Assembly: GCF_009914755.1 (NCBI RefSeq)
Contig: NC_060925.1
DNA from: the human T2T-CHM13v2.0 reference genome, Homo sapiens
Direction: 5' to 3' (one strand)
DNA length: 64,000 nt
Shown here one piece after another: positions 43,846 through 59,710 of the stretch. The notes beneath the pieces were generated by a model that did no database searches, had not been told where the DNA came from, and was given only the letters and a program-made list of their open reading frames with translations. Positions within the stretch are counted from its first letter, which is position 1. Each line of letters begins with the position of its first letter. Position numbers and translations under genes: made by a program.

Positions 43846-45434
43846 ACACACACTTCCTCAAGACAGATACAAGATGGGGGAAATGTCCACCTTTTCTGCT
43901 CCCTAGACCTCCAGCCAGCAAGTGAGGAAATCCACTTATTCAGCTTCCTTGCCAATGCTTTGGTCTCACATGATAAATCAGAAAGATGAGAAATGGAAAA
44001 TCTGGGTCACTGGCCTAGCCCTAGGGAGCACTTTGGAGCAGAACTGAAATTAAAATTCATGACTTCTACACAGTATTGGAGTCCTGCCTAGTATGCAAAC
44101 ATTAATGAAAAATAGCTATGATTTATAGAATGCTTAAAATGTGCTAGACAATGAATTAAAAACTTTTCATATATTAGCTCATTTTGTTCTTACAGTGGCC
44201 CTATTAGGTAGTTATTATCATTAACCTTGTTTTACAAATGAGGAAGCTAAAGCACAGAGTTTAAGTCATGTCCAAAATTGCATGGTTGGAAATTGACAGA
44301 GGAGGAGGATTGGAACCCATGTCCCTGACTGTAGAGCCAGTAATCTTAACTGCTCTGTTGTAATGCCTGCCAGCAACCTCAGCTGCGCTGCACCGCTCTT
44401 TCAGATGAATGGGACCTTAGGCACTCACTCACAGGAGACCGGGAATATTTTTCCTTCTACCAGAGAAAAATAAAATTGTTTTCATCAATACTGTTTTTAA
44501 GTTAATTTTTTAATTGACAAATAGTAATTGCATATATTTATGGGGTACAATGTTTTGATATATGCGTATACTGTGGAATGATGAAAACAAGCTAATAATA
44601 TTTTTTAATTTTAAATAAAAGCACTGTATTTTGCAATCCCAATGTATGATAAAATTTTATATTGCTAGCATACTTCAGTACTCTACTCAGATGCTACCTT
44701 CTTTAGAAAAACTTTTCTGGTGGAATTTAATTAATCACTCCCTCCTTCATGTTCTGCTTGGTGTAGCACTTTACCCGATCTGGTTTGTATTATGGTTTGA
44801 TGAATGCTTGCCTGGCTTTCCACACTAGATTTTAACACTGGATTTCTACACTAGATTTTAGCAATGCCTAGCACATGCTCTGTGTTTGTTTAATTAAATG
44901 AATGAAGGTAACCACACTGTCCTTGAGTTTTACCAACTGTGGAAATAAAATTAAGTCCCATGAGCATTAGCTGCCTCTGAACTCCTACCTGTTCACTTAG
45001 GAAATTAAGTCCCTTACAAATTCCCCTGTACCCCACAAATACTTCTGCTTTTTCCAAGAATTATTTTCTCTTCTAAACTGCTCCTGGTCCTGATTTTGGT
45101 TGTTCCGAGTCACAGCTGGCACTTTGCCTACTATGTATAGTCTTCAGAGCCACACATCCTCCTCCAAACCCTCCTGCCCCATTCCACTCCAGCTACTGAA
45201 GGGCAGATCTTTTCATTCTTTTTTTTTTTTTTTTATACTTTAAGTTCTAGGGTACATGTGCACAACATGCAGGTTAGTTACATATGTATACATGTGCCAT
45301 GCTGGTGAGCTGCACCCATTAACTCGTTATTTACATTAGGTATATCTCCTAATGCTATCCCTCCCCCGCCCCCCCACCCCAAACAGGCCCCAGTGTGTGA
45401 TGTTCCCCTTCCTGTGTCTATGTGTTCTCATTGT

Positions 45435-49283
<3,849 letters not shown>

Positions 49284-49331
49284 TTATTTTGCTTGTTAGT
49301 TGCTGCAGTTTCTTCCTAGCCTTGATGGTCT

Positions 49332-50346
49332 TTACAATTTGGCATGTTTTTGCAGTGGCTGGTACCGGTTGTTCCTTTCCATGTTTAGTGCTTCCTTCAG
49401 GAGCTCTTTTAGGGCAGGCCTGGTGGTGACAAAATCTCTCCGCATTTGCTTGTCTGTAAAGTATTTTATTTCTCCTTCACTTATGAAGCTTCATTTGGCT
49501 GGATATGAAATTCTGGTTGAAAATTCTTTTCTTTAAGAATGTTGAATATTAGCCCCCACTCTCTTCTGGCTTGTAGAGTTTCTGCCAAGAGATCCGCTGT
49601 TAGTCTGATGGGCTTCCCTTTGAGGGTAACCCGACCTTTCTCTCTGGCTGCCCTTAACATTTTTTCCTTCATTTCAACTTCGGTGAATCTGACAATTATT
49701 TGTCTTGGAGTTGCTCTTCTCAAGGAGTATCTTTGTGGCATTCTCTGTATTTCCTGAATTTGAATGTTGGCCTGCCTTGCTAGATTGGGGAGGTTCTCCT
49801 GGTTATTATCCTGCAGAGTGTTTTCCAACTTGGTTCCATTCTCCCTGTCACTTTCAGGTACACCAATCAGACGTAGATTTGGTCTTTTCACATAGCCCCA
49901 TATTTCTTGAAGGCTTTGTTCATTTCGTTTTATTCTTTTTTCTTTAAACTTCTCTTCTTGCTTCATTTCATTCATTTCATCTTCCATCACTGATACCCTT
50001 TCTTCCAGTTGATCGAATCGGCTACTGAGGCTTGTGCATTTGTCACGTAGTTCTCGTGCCTTGGTTTTCAGCTCCATCAGGTCCTTTAAGGACTTCTCTG
50101 TATTGGTTATTCTAGTTAGCCATTGGTCTAATTTTTTTTCAAGGTTTTTAACTTCTTTGCCATGGGTTCGAACTTCCTCCTTTAGCTCGGAGTAGTTTGA
50201 TTGTCTGAAGCCTTCTTCCCTCAACTTGTCAAAGTCATTCTCCATCCAGCTTTGTTCCATTGCTGGGGAGGAGCTGCGTTCCTTTGGAGGAGGAAAGGCA
50301 CTCTGATTTTTAGAGTTTCCAGTTTTTCTGCTCTATTTTTCCCCAT
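49332..50346 (-). pseudogene. L1 ORF1, frameshifted
   Basis: ATGGGGAAAAATAGAG start with a 1-nt loss; 259-aa internal ORF 49481-50260 (RPNLRLIGVPE); second frameshift near 49520. Confidence 0.9.
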
Positions 50347-50921
50347 CTTTGTGGTTTTATCTACCTTTGGTCTTTGATGATGGCGATGTACAGATGGGGT
50401 TTTGGTGTGGATGTCCTTTCTATTTGTTAGTCTTCCTTCTAACAGTCAGGACCCTCAGCTGCAGGTCTGTTGGAGTTTGCTTGAGGTCACTCCAGACCCT
50501 GTTTGCCAGGGTATCAGCAGCGGAGGCTGCAGAACAGCAGATACTGGTGAGCAGCAGATGTTGCTGTCTGATCGTTCCTCTGGAAGTTTTGTCTCAGAGG
50601 AGTTCCCGGCCATGTGAGGTGTCTGTCTGCCCCTACTTGGGGGGGGCCTCCCAGTTAGGCTACTTGGGGGTCAGGGACCAACCTAAGGAGGCAGTCTGTC
50701 CATTCTCAGATCTCAAGCTGTGTGCTGGGAGAACCACTACTCTCTTCAAAGCTGTCAGACAGGGACATTTAAGTCTGCAGAGGATTCTGCTGCCTTTTGT
50801 TTGACTATTCCCTGCCCCCAGAGGTGCAGTCTACAGAGGCAGGCAGGCCTCCTTGAGCTGCAGTGGGCTCCACCCAGTTCGAGCTTCTGGGCTGCTTTGT
50901 TTACCTACTCCAGCCTCGGCA

Positions 50922-51041
50922 ATGGCAGGTGCCCCTCCCCCAGCCTCGCTGCCGCCTTGCAGTTCGATCTCAGTCTGCTGTGCCAGCAATGAGGGAGGCT
51001 CTATGGGCGTAGGACCCCCCCGAGCCATGCACGGGATATAA
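50922..51041 (+). pseudogene. L1 ORF0 (antisense 5'UTR ORF), truncated to 39 aa
   Basis: MAGAPPPASLPPCSSISVCCASN... matches the ORF0 N-terminus; frameshift in a C-run near 51020 gives TAA at 51039. Confidence 0.8.
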
Positions 51042-51619
51042 TCTCCTGGTGTGCCGTTTGCTAAGACTGTTGGAAAAGTGCAGTATTAGGGTGGCAGTGA
51101 CCCGATTTTCCAGGTGCCGTCTGTCACCCCTTTCTTTGACTAGGAAAGGGAATTCCCTGACCCCTTGTGCCTCCCGGGTGAGGTGATGCTTCGCCCTCCT
51201 TTGGCTCATGCTGGGTGCAGTGCACCCACTGTCCTGTACCCACTTTCTGACACTCCCCAGTACCTCAGTTGGCAAGGCAGAAATCACCCGTCTTCTGCAT
51301 CGCTCACGCTGGGAGCTCTAGACTGGAGCTGTTCCTATTTGGCCACCTTGGCTCCACCTCAGATCTTTTCATTCTTGTATATACAACAGTTTACTTGGAC
51401 AGCCTGGGTAGTCAGGAACATCCATCCAAGCCACACTTCTGCCTATTAGGTTCCTCTGTTGTGCTAAACAACAATTTGAATTTATAAATTCTATTGAACA
51501 GTGTTTCATCAAGTGAAACTCCAGTTTCATTGTACCTAGGAACTTGCTTCTCTTACTGCCTATTATTTAATCTTTCTAAGACTCTGTTTTCTCTTCTATA
51601 AAAAGAGGGTTGTCTTGCT

Positions 51620-51842
51620 GGGATGCTCCCTTGACATGCTTCACTTATCTTTATCGCCCTTATCACCATCTGGCATATTGTAGTTATTCCTTTACTTATT
51701 ATCTATCTAAACCAGTAGATTGTAAGCTCCATGAAAACAGGGTCTTTGCTGGCCTTTTTTTAAACTACTGTGTCTCTAGAATAAAGAGTAGTGCCTGACA
51801 CATAATGGTTCACAGTAATTATTTATTGGATGAATGAATGAG
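51620..51842 (+). mobile_element. L2 3' end
   Basis: tagattgtaagctccatgaaaacaggg...gtgcctgacacata...tgaatgaatga. Confidence 0.75.
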
Positions 51843-51879
51843 ATAATGCATCAAAAATACTGTGTCCATTTTAAGGCAT

Positions 51880-54338
51880 GGTCTCAGTTGTCTATTCCTG
51901 CATAAACAATCTACCCCACAATTCAGTAGCTCAAAACAACCATTTTATTGTATCTTATGATTTTGTGGGTCAGTAATTTGGACAGGTCTCAGCTGAGCAA
52001 TTTGTTTTCCCCATGCAGTATTGACTGGGTCACTTGCTGGTATTCAGTGGAAGGCAGGGCTGCTCTGGAGGTCCCAGGTAACTTCACTTATATTGTGTGC
52101 CTGATGCCTTTGAGGACTGCTGGTGGCCTCAAGACCTCTCCTCTCTATAGCTCCAGCAAGGTAGTCAGATTTCTTTCATGGCAGCTCAGTATATCAAGAG
52201 GCCTACTGGAAACTGCAAGGTTTCTTATTGCCCAGGTTCAGGAGTTTATGGCCTAGAACTGCATTCTATTGGTCAAGCAAGTCATGAAGACCAGCTTAGA
52301 TCCAAGAGAGGGGAATTAGATTCTACCTCTGAATAAGAGAAGTAGCAAAAAATTTGTAGCCATCTTGAATCTACCACATTCCTTTTCCTCTGGCCACAGA
52401 CATTATTACCACAAGCAAAATAAACTCACACTCTCCTAAAGCCCTCAAAAGTTTCCTGACATTTACTGCATCAGCCTAGAAGTCCACTTTCTCACCATCT
52501 AACTCAAATTCAGGTGATCATGAGGCTCCTGGCACTCAGCTCCTTGAGTATAGTTCCCCTTGATCTGAAGTCACTGGGGCTCTCACACCCAAGAAACAAT
52601 GGGACAGAGATAGGATAACCATAATAGGCACTCCCATTCGAAGAGTCAGAGAACACAGGCATACAGCGGTCAGTAGTCCACAGCAATTTTGAAATCTAGC
52701 TGAGTACATATTACCAGTTCCTTGATTAGGGCCCAGTCCTGCTCCTGGGAATGATTCCCTCTGGCTATCCATCAGTCCTCTGGGCTCTTGGTTCCATTCT
52801 TTGAGCCGTTCTTCTTTTTCCCTAAGAAGTAATCCTTGTTTTTGGCTGGGTAACTTTCTCAGCCTGCTTCTCTGAGGCAGGTTGAGGGTCCAAAGGCATC
52901 TTTTCACTTTGTACTCTCTTCATCCTTTTCAGTCAGTCCATGCTGGTATAATTCACTTAAAAATGTTAAGGCGTCTTATATACTAATTGATAACGAACTT
53001 TACTAGGCAAAAGCCACACCCACATTTCATTCTGAAGCCAGCTTTTTCACCTTGCTTGGACTAACTGTGAGTCTGACATGGGATAACAGAACCTTAAAAT
53101 TCTTAGAAACTCTTTTGTCCAATGGAGAGGTACATTGCCCAAGATTGTAGAAGGCTTTTTGTTTAACTGAAAGGATATATGAGGCACCACCTTAATTGAG
53201 GTCTTAATCATGGGTCTAGCTGTCACATCTTGGAATTTATTTTTGCCCTGAAGCCATTTCTTATTTTGAAAGCTTTCCCTGTCTAGAGAGATTGAGGATG
53301 AGAAGCAGTTTGATGTTTGAACCCAGCAAAGTCTACGGCCATGCCACCCTGAATGCACCCGATCTCTTCTGAACCCAGCAAGTCCTGCCTCTTTATAATT
53401 CCTCTAAATTCTGCTTAAAAACCAAATGGCTCCTTTTTTAGCCCACTTTTTTTTCTTTTTTTTTTTAATCAATATCTTATAATAATGTGGCTAAAAGAAA
53501 CCTCTTTGTAGTTTTGAAATTCTGCTGAAAATCTCCTTAGCCAGATCCTCCCATTCATTGGGCACCTTTTCTATTTTCCCACATTATCAAAGACGAAAAC
53601 TTTCTGCCACTACATAACACAGGTCATTTCTTCAGCCACCCCCCATAGTATTTTCTTTACTGTCCTTCAGTCTCTCCAGCAGTCTCCTCGATGTCCTTCC
53701 AATATTCACTAACATTTTTCTCGAGGCCTTTCTAACTTCTGTGGCAACCAGGTACAAAGTCATTGCCATTTGTTTTCAGTTTTCGTTATAGTGAAAGTCC
53801 ACTTTCAGATACCAAATTTAGTTCCAGTTATCTATTGTTACTTAGTAAACTACTCCAAAACTTAGCACAATAAGCAATTTATTGTATCTCATCATTTTGG
53901 TAATCAATAATTCTAGCATGGTTCAGCAGGGCAAATTTATTCCATAGTGGCCACAGTTAGGGTTGCTCAGTTGTGTCCAGCTGATGGGAGACTGCTTCAC
54001 ACATAATGCCTGGCACCCTGATGGGAACTGCTGGTCGTTGTGCTCAGCTAGGCCCCTCCCCTTGTCATGTGGTCTCATGGCCTCTGCACGTGGTTTATCT
54101 AGCATGGTAGTTTGACTTATCCAGCAGCTTAGGCCTTAGAAGACATGTCCCAAGAGTCTCACATGGAAGCTACAAGGCTTCTTACTTACCTAGCCTGGCC
54201 AGTCAGACATCTCTTCTGCTGTATTCTATTAGTCAAGTAAGTCTCTAAGGGTAGCCCATATTAAAGGGAGGAGAATTAGATTCCACCTCTCAATGGGAGA
54301 AGTAGCAAGTAATTTGTGGTCATCTTTAATCTACTACA
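51880..54338 (-). mobile_element. MLT1H-like MaLR provirus: LTR (51880-52378), internal region, LTR (53818-54338)
   Basis: Two homologous ~500-bp LTRs, both ending gaattagatt.cacctct...agaagtagcaa...atcta.(c/t)aca on +, around ~1.4 kb of internal sequence. Confidence 0.78.
53331..53372 (+). pseudogene. 5S rRNA retropseudogene, 5' 42 nt only, tailless
   Basis: gtctacggccatgccaccctgaatgcacccgatctcttctga vs 5S GTCTACGGCCATACCACCCTGAACGCGCCCGATCTCGTCTGA; 12-bp TSD tgaacccagcaa. Confidence 0.92.
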
Positions 54339-54339
54339 G

Positions 54340-54524
54340 ACACTGTATCCTTGATCTCAGAATGATGCCTCTTTGTCTGGAAAGGGCATTTGTTTTTTAA
54401 GCCCAAGGTTAGAGAGACAGACATGGAGCTGTGATGGATCAAGAAGACATCATGTTCTGACTAACCAGGTGATCACAGGGATCACTGAAGTGACAGATGT
54501 TGCAGACATATTGTCCTCCTATCT
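54340..54524 (-). pseudogene. RN7SKP88: 7SK snRNA pseudogene (5' ~185 nt, diverged)
   Basis: Minus strand agataggaggacaatatgtctgcaacatctgtcacttcagtgat aligns to the 7SK 5' end, with further matches cacagctccatgt and gatcaaggataca. The symbol is recalled as the 7SK copy inside PDE4DIP and is not verified. Confidence 0.75.
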
Positions 54525-54559
54525 AAGTCCCAGCCAATGTTACGTGTCAAAATTAGGGA

Positions 54560-54790
54560 AGCAGTACGCAAAATGGTTAGGCAGGCCATTCTGAAACAAA
54601 ACTGATTGGTTTCAAATCTCAGCTTTGCCATCAATCAGCTTTGTGAATGTGGGCAGTATAATTTACCTCCCTGTGCTCCACATTAGTCATTTGTAAAGTG
54701 GGCATTAACTAGAGCCTACCTCAAAAGACTGCTGCGAGGATGAAAAGAGTTAGTATACACACAATTGTTAGAGGAGGATCTGGCAAAAAT
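54560..54790 (+). mobile_element. MIR
   Basis: ggtttcaaatctcagctttgcca...gggcagtataatttacctccctgtgc...tgtaaagtggg. Confidence 0.7.
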
Positions 54791-55115
54791 ATATTAGACA
54801 TAGCTATTTTTATTATTGATGTATAGATTATGCAGTAAACTATATCAACATCAATAATCCTTTTTACCCAGAAACAAGTTGGAGAGAAGAAAAGGAAAAT
54901 GAATTTTAAAAACTGAATGAAAGGTAAAAGTATCATTGGAATATTTGGAGCTGACTGTAAAGACTGTGACACCTTCCGATTTTTTGTCCCTTATCATCAA
55001 TTCAGGTATTCCCTGAAGCACAATCAGTTGACCAAACTAAGAGCAGTGCCCTCAGGAAAGAATAAAATGAATAGTTTAATTTATCAACATCATTTACCCA
55101 GGTTATTTGAGTTCT

Positions 55116-55414
<299 letters not shown>

Positions 55415-55496
55415 GGTTATTTGAGTTCTAAGCCAGAAAACTGAGAGCAGACACACACATAACGATACTTGGTTGCAAAATGGAAATAAAAAGCAA

Positions 55497-56932
55497 TGTG
55501 TTAGGATAGGCTAGATTATGCTCCAGTAATAAATAATCTCCAAATCTCAGTAACTTAATACAACAAAAATGAATTTCTTGCTCATTCTACATGTTCAATT
55601 AGGGTTAGCAGGAAGGCTCTGACCATCACAGTAACTCAGGGACTTAGGTTGATGAAAGCTTCATCTTATTGATCTTCAAGGATCAATAAAACAGCGGAAA
55701 CTGAAAAGGGCCAATTATGTACTAGCTCTTAAAAATGTCTGCGTTCTTCCCAGAAGTGACCACATGAGACTTCCTCTCACGTTTCAGCCAACGAAACAAG
55801 TTACATTTCACTGTTCAAAAGTCATAGCTAAGTTAAAATGGGATGAGGAAGAATAAAGTTACCATGTATCTACAAGGAGAAAAGCTTAACAAAAAGCAAG
55901 AAAGCAGCACATACAGTGACTGGTGGATTGCATTATTGTTCCACAAATATTACTCTCCCCTCCTGCACTCTGTGGGCAGACTGTACTTTTCTGCACCAAT
56001 GACTTTGGACTTGGCCATGTTACTTACTTTGGTGAACGGAAAATGGCAGAAGCGAGACTGTGCCAGTTCTGAGCAGAGACCAGTCATCATGAGTCTCTGC
56101 CAACTCTCTTGCACTCCTGCACTCTGCCATGAAAATGACAGACTTAAACCAATCCATACCTAAACTATAGATCCTTGAGGGAGAAATGGATGTGTGTTGT
56201 ATAATACTGAGATTGGGGAGTTCTTTGTTGAGCAGCATTGTTTCAGCAAAAAGATGACTAATACAGTGACTCAACACAAGGATTTCATGAGACTGGCTAC
56301 TACACATATGGTTTCCAAGAAAGGATATGAAATAAGACCTTACTAGCTAGTATTCTAAGAAACGTAAAGCAAAATGAGATGGTGTTACATTATTAGTATA
56401 CTAGCTAGATATAGAACTAAAATATAACTATCCAATTATTTACAAATTAAATAAGAAAAAAAATAAAAGGAGAATTTCTAGTGCTTTTGAGGCTAAGATA
56501 ATAAAATTAGAAAGTCCTTTTATCCCAGGAAAATCGCCTTTAGTCCATTCCTGCTGCTATAGCAAAATAGCTTAGACTGGGTAATTTGTAAATAATAGAA
56601 ATTTATTTCTCACAGTTCTGAAGGCTGGACCAAGATCAAGGTGCTGGCAGATTCAGTGTCTGGAAGAGCTTGCTCTCTGCTCCCAAGATGGCTCCTTGTT
56701 GCCACAGATGCTGTGTCCTCACATGGCTGGAGGGACAGAGGACAAAAGGGACCAGAGCAATCCTTTCAACCTCTTTTTTAAGAGCACTAATCCCATTCAT
56801 GAGAGTGGAGTGTTCATGCCTTATCACTTCCTAAGACATATTCCTAAAAGGCCCCACCCTGTAGTACTATAACACTCGGTGTTAAGTACCAATGTATGAA
56901 TTTTGAAGGCATACATACATTCAACCATAGCA
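55497..56932. mobile_element. Three MaLR solo LTRs: MLT1J/K-like (-, 55497-55880), MLT1I-like (+, 55916-56264), MLT1A/MSTD-like (-, 56538-56932)
   Basis: Characteristic MLT termini and tttatttctcacagttctg motifs. Confidence 0.7.
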
Positions 56933-58989
56933 TAATTCAAAAAAGGAGAATGATAAAGGCAGAAAGCTCTTCATTAAGGCATTATTTATAACAGTCTAAT
57001 ATCAGAAACAGCATAACTATGCAATAGTAGAATATTTTAAGTAATCTATGGTCCTACTAATATTATAAAATATTGTACACTCATTAGAATAATAACTATG
57101 AACTTTCCCTAAAAACATGGACAAATATTTACTAAGTGAAAGAAGGAGAATATAAACATATACCTAAGCTGTAATCGTAATTATGTAAATAGATATTTAA
57201 TATATATAGATAATGACTAAAGGGAATTTGGAGAAATTTAAACATTTGTGCTGTAGCAGTGGTTATATGGGTGAATATTTTTCTTCTGAAATCTAACGCA
57301 AAAAAATTGTTCTTTTGACAATAAGTATAATTTTTAAAACAACAAGGAAATTTCTCTTCTCAAGAATATACCCATGTGTGTAAGAAAGAGTTGGTGTTTG
57401 GATTAAAAGATGCATTTTTTAAAGAGTGGGAAAAAAATGCAACACATTTTTAATATTGAAGATCCCTGGGTATTCTGAGTAATCTATATAACTTTCTGTA
57501 TTTTTCAAATGTTTTTACAATGAATGTGCTATAAACTTTTGAAAAAAGTTATTTTAAAAATACATGAACGTATTTTCTAGCGTCACTTCTGAGACCCCAC
57601 AGCTCACCTAGTTAGTGCTATCATTTCTTGAATCCAGTGAGCTGCCTGTAGACAGAGTTCCTCTCCACAACTCGGTAGCCCATAATTTGATTTGAGACAA
57701 AGCTAAATATAGCCCCAACTTTGGTATGAAGGATGGGAATCTGACTCTCCCTGCCTTTTCTTCCCCCCCATCAGAGGCAACAGGATATTCTTTTCAAGAC
57801 AGGTGGCCTGTGAGCCTTGTCTAAGATCAAACTGGACCTTGAAATTTTTCCTGGTAACATTTTGAGCTCTGGAGCAGTGTGGTCCTACCAATAAATCAAG
57901 TGTTGGAGGAGTCTAGACTAGGGGCTTTTTAGACAGTTCTGCTAAACCTTCAAATGTTTTGTTATCCTCCCCTCCCCACCCCTACTTTGTACTAGTATGT
58001 AGGGGAACCAATCCAAGAGATAACAGACAGATGACAGGTTCCCCCAAGAACACAGACTCCCCACAGTCTCACCAATACCCAGGCATGCCAGGTTCTTCCT
58101 GAGTTAAATGCCTAGGAGGCCTGAAAGAATAAATTCATCCTGGAGAAGTCTTGTGGGTCGTAGCTTTAGAAATTCAGGGAACATATCTCTGGGGCCACCC
58201 AATGGAGAACACAGCCTGTATCAGAACCTTAGCAGAGACTTTGGGCCTTTTGGGGTCTCAAATTTATCATCTCTGAAACAAGTACAACGAAATTAACATT
58301 GCCACATGTGGGCACTATAAAGCCTTTTTCAGATAAAAAAAAAGGTCAGTGATAGTGCTAATAATAACAGTGATTATGTCATTTAATAAAACGGTCTTAT
58401 TTGAAAGCTAAAAAGGAGCTTCAGGGTGGCAAGCACTCTAATTATAGTATGTCTGCCTTGTTTAAATCTTGATACATAAGTACATGGTACAGGGCCTGAG
58501 GCAATGCCATCTCCAAAGAGGCCTTTTCCATGATCTTAAAACAGTCACAAGGGAGTGTCGAGGTCCTGATGGCTACTGTCTTGAGGCTTTTCTAGTGTTC
58601 TGGGAGTCAGGAAGCTTCTCCCTCCTTGAAGCTATTGGTAGAGCCCAGTTGCTGGCGAAACTGAAAAACGAGGAGGTAGAATACCCTAAAACAGGAGATG
58701 TCTGGGATACAGGCAGCTAATAGGGCTGTAAGGTTTTGTTGGGATGCTTCCCTTCCTGATGAAGGGTCCTGTCCCTGGATTAATGGTGAAACTGGCATGT
58801 CACATCTCTAGGAAGACAACATCGTGTTCCATGACCACGTAGGGTATACATCTGCATTCAGCCGGGATTGCTCCTAAACCTTCCTAGACTCCATCTCTGG
58901 CTCTGGGGTTACCTGTGGGTGGGGCGATGCAGACACACAAGAAAACCTCCTCTACAAATTCTTCCTGTAGTTGGTTGATTGTATTCTAA

Positions 58990-59710
58990 GACCTTCGTTG
59001 GGATGGGCGAGGGACGGGGCTTGGTACCGCGTCCTCTAAGCTCTCTGCCCTCTGCCGTCATCATTCATCTGAGCCAGCGAGAGAGGGGTCGGGGAGACGC
59101 GAGGGTGGTTCAGGGGGCGTGTAACCTGGGCCGATTCTGCCCCAGCACACTGGTTGTCGGGAGCCCCGCCTCCGCTCGCGGTTGACAGCTCAGCTGGTGC
59201 CGAGCAACTCGTGCCAGCCAGTCGTGTCTCAGCCTGGAGAGTGCGCGCACCGCCGCCCGGGCAGCCGCTGGCTCCAGCTCACGAAACAGCCCCGGGCGCC
59301 GCGCCGCTCTGAGTCCAGCCTCCTACTGAGAACAGTCCCTCCCTTGTGCGGGTCGCACGGCTAGCCGCAGGTTCGGCCACGTCAAATCCATTTTCTAAAA
59401 AAGCAGGGAGCAGAGCTCTCTCTTCGCCGCCGACGCAGAAAGGAGCTGGGGAGGAAAAAGCTGCTGCCTTTTGCGCTGGAGATTCGTGGGCAAGGCTTCT
59501 CATTTTCCCAGGCTGCTTCCCCTCCCGGGTGAGGAGCGTCCTGAGACTAAGGAAAGAGCCTGGAAAATGGAGCAGACCTGGACGAGGTAGGTGGGCTGTT
59601 TCCTTCTCGCCGCGCTCCAGACTTGGTGGTCCTCCTCCCTCCCCTCCCCCAGCGCCCTTAGGGAGAGAGAGGTCGCCCCTCACCACCAGGGTCCCGTGAC
59701 AGCTTCCCTT
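58990..59710 (+). promoter_or_regulatory. CpG island promoter of the proximal PDE4DIP isoform
   Basis: High CpG density, GC box CCCCGCCTCC 59164-59173, palindrome GTGCGCGCAC 59241-59250, CCACGTCA 59377-59384. Confidence 0.82.
59567..59586 (+). CDS. PDE4DIP: PDE4DIP proximal alternative first coding exon (MEQTWTR), phase-2 donor
   Basis: Strong Kozak aaaATGG at 59567, ATG GAG CAG ACC TGG ACG AG|GTAGGT. No ATG in the ~560 nt upstream. Same phase as the distal exon. Matches the recalled MEQTWTR- isoform start. Confidence 0.85.

Noticed and set aside
53331-53372. Functional 5S rRNA gene
   Set aside because: Only 42 of ~120 nt are present, with substitutions, and the piece is flanked by TSDs.
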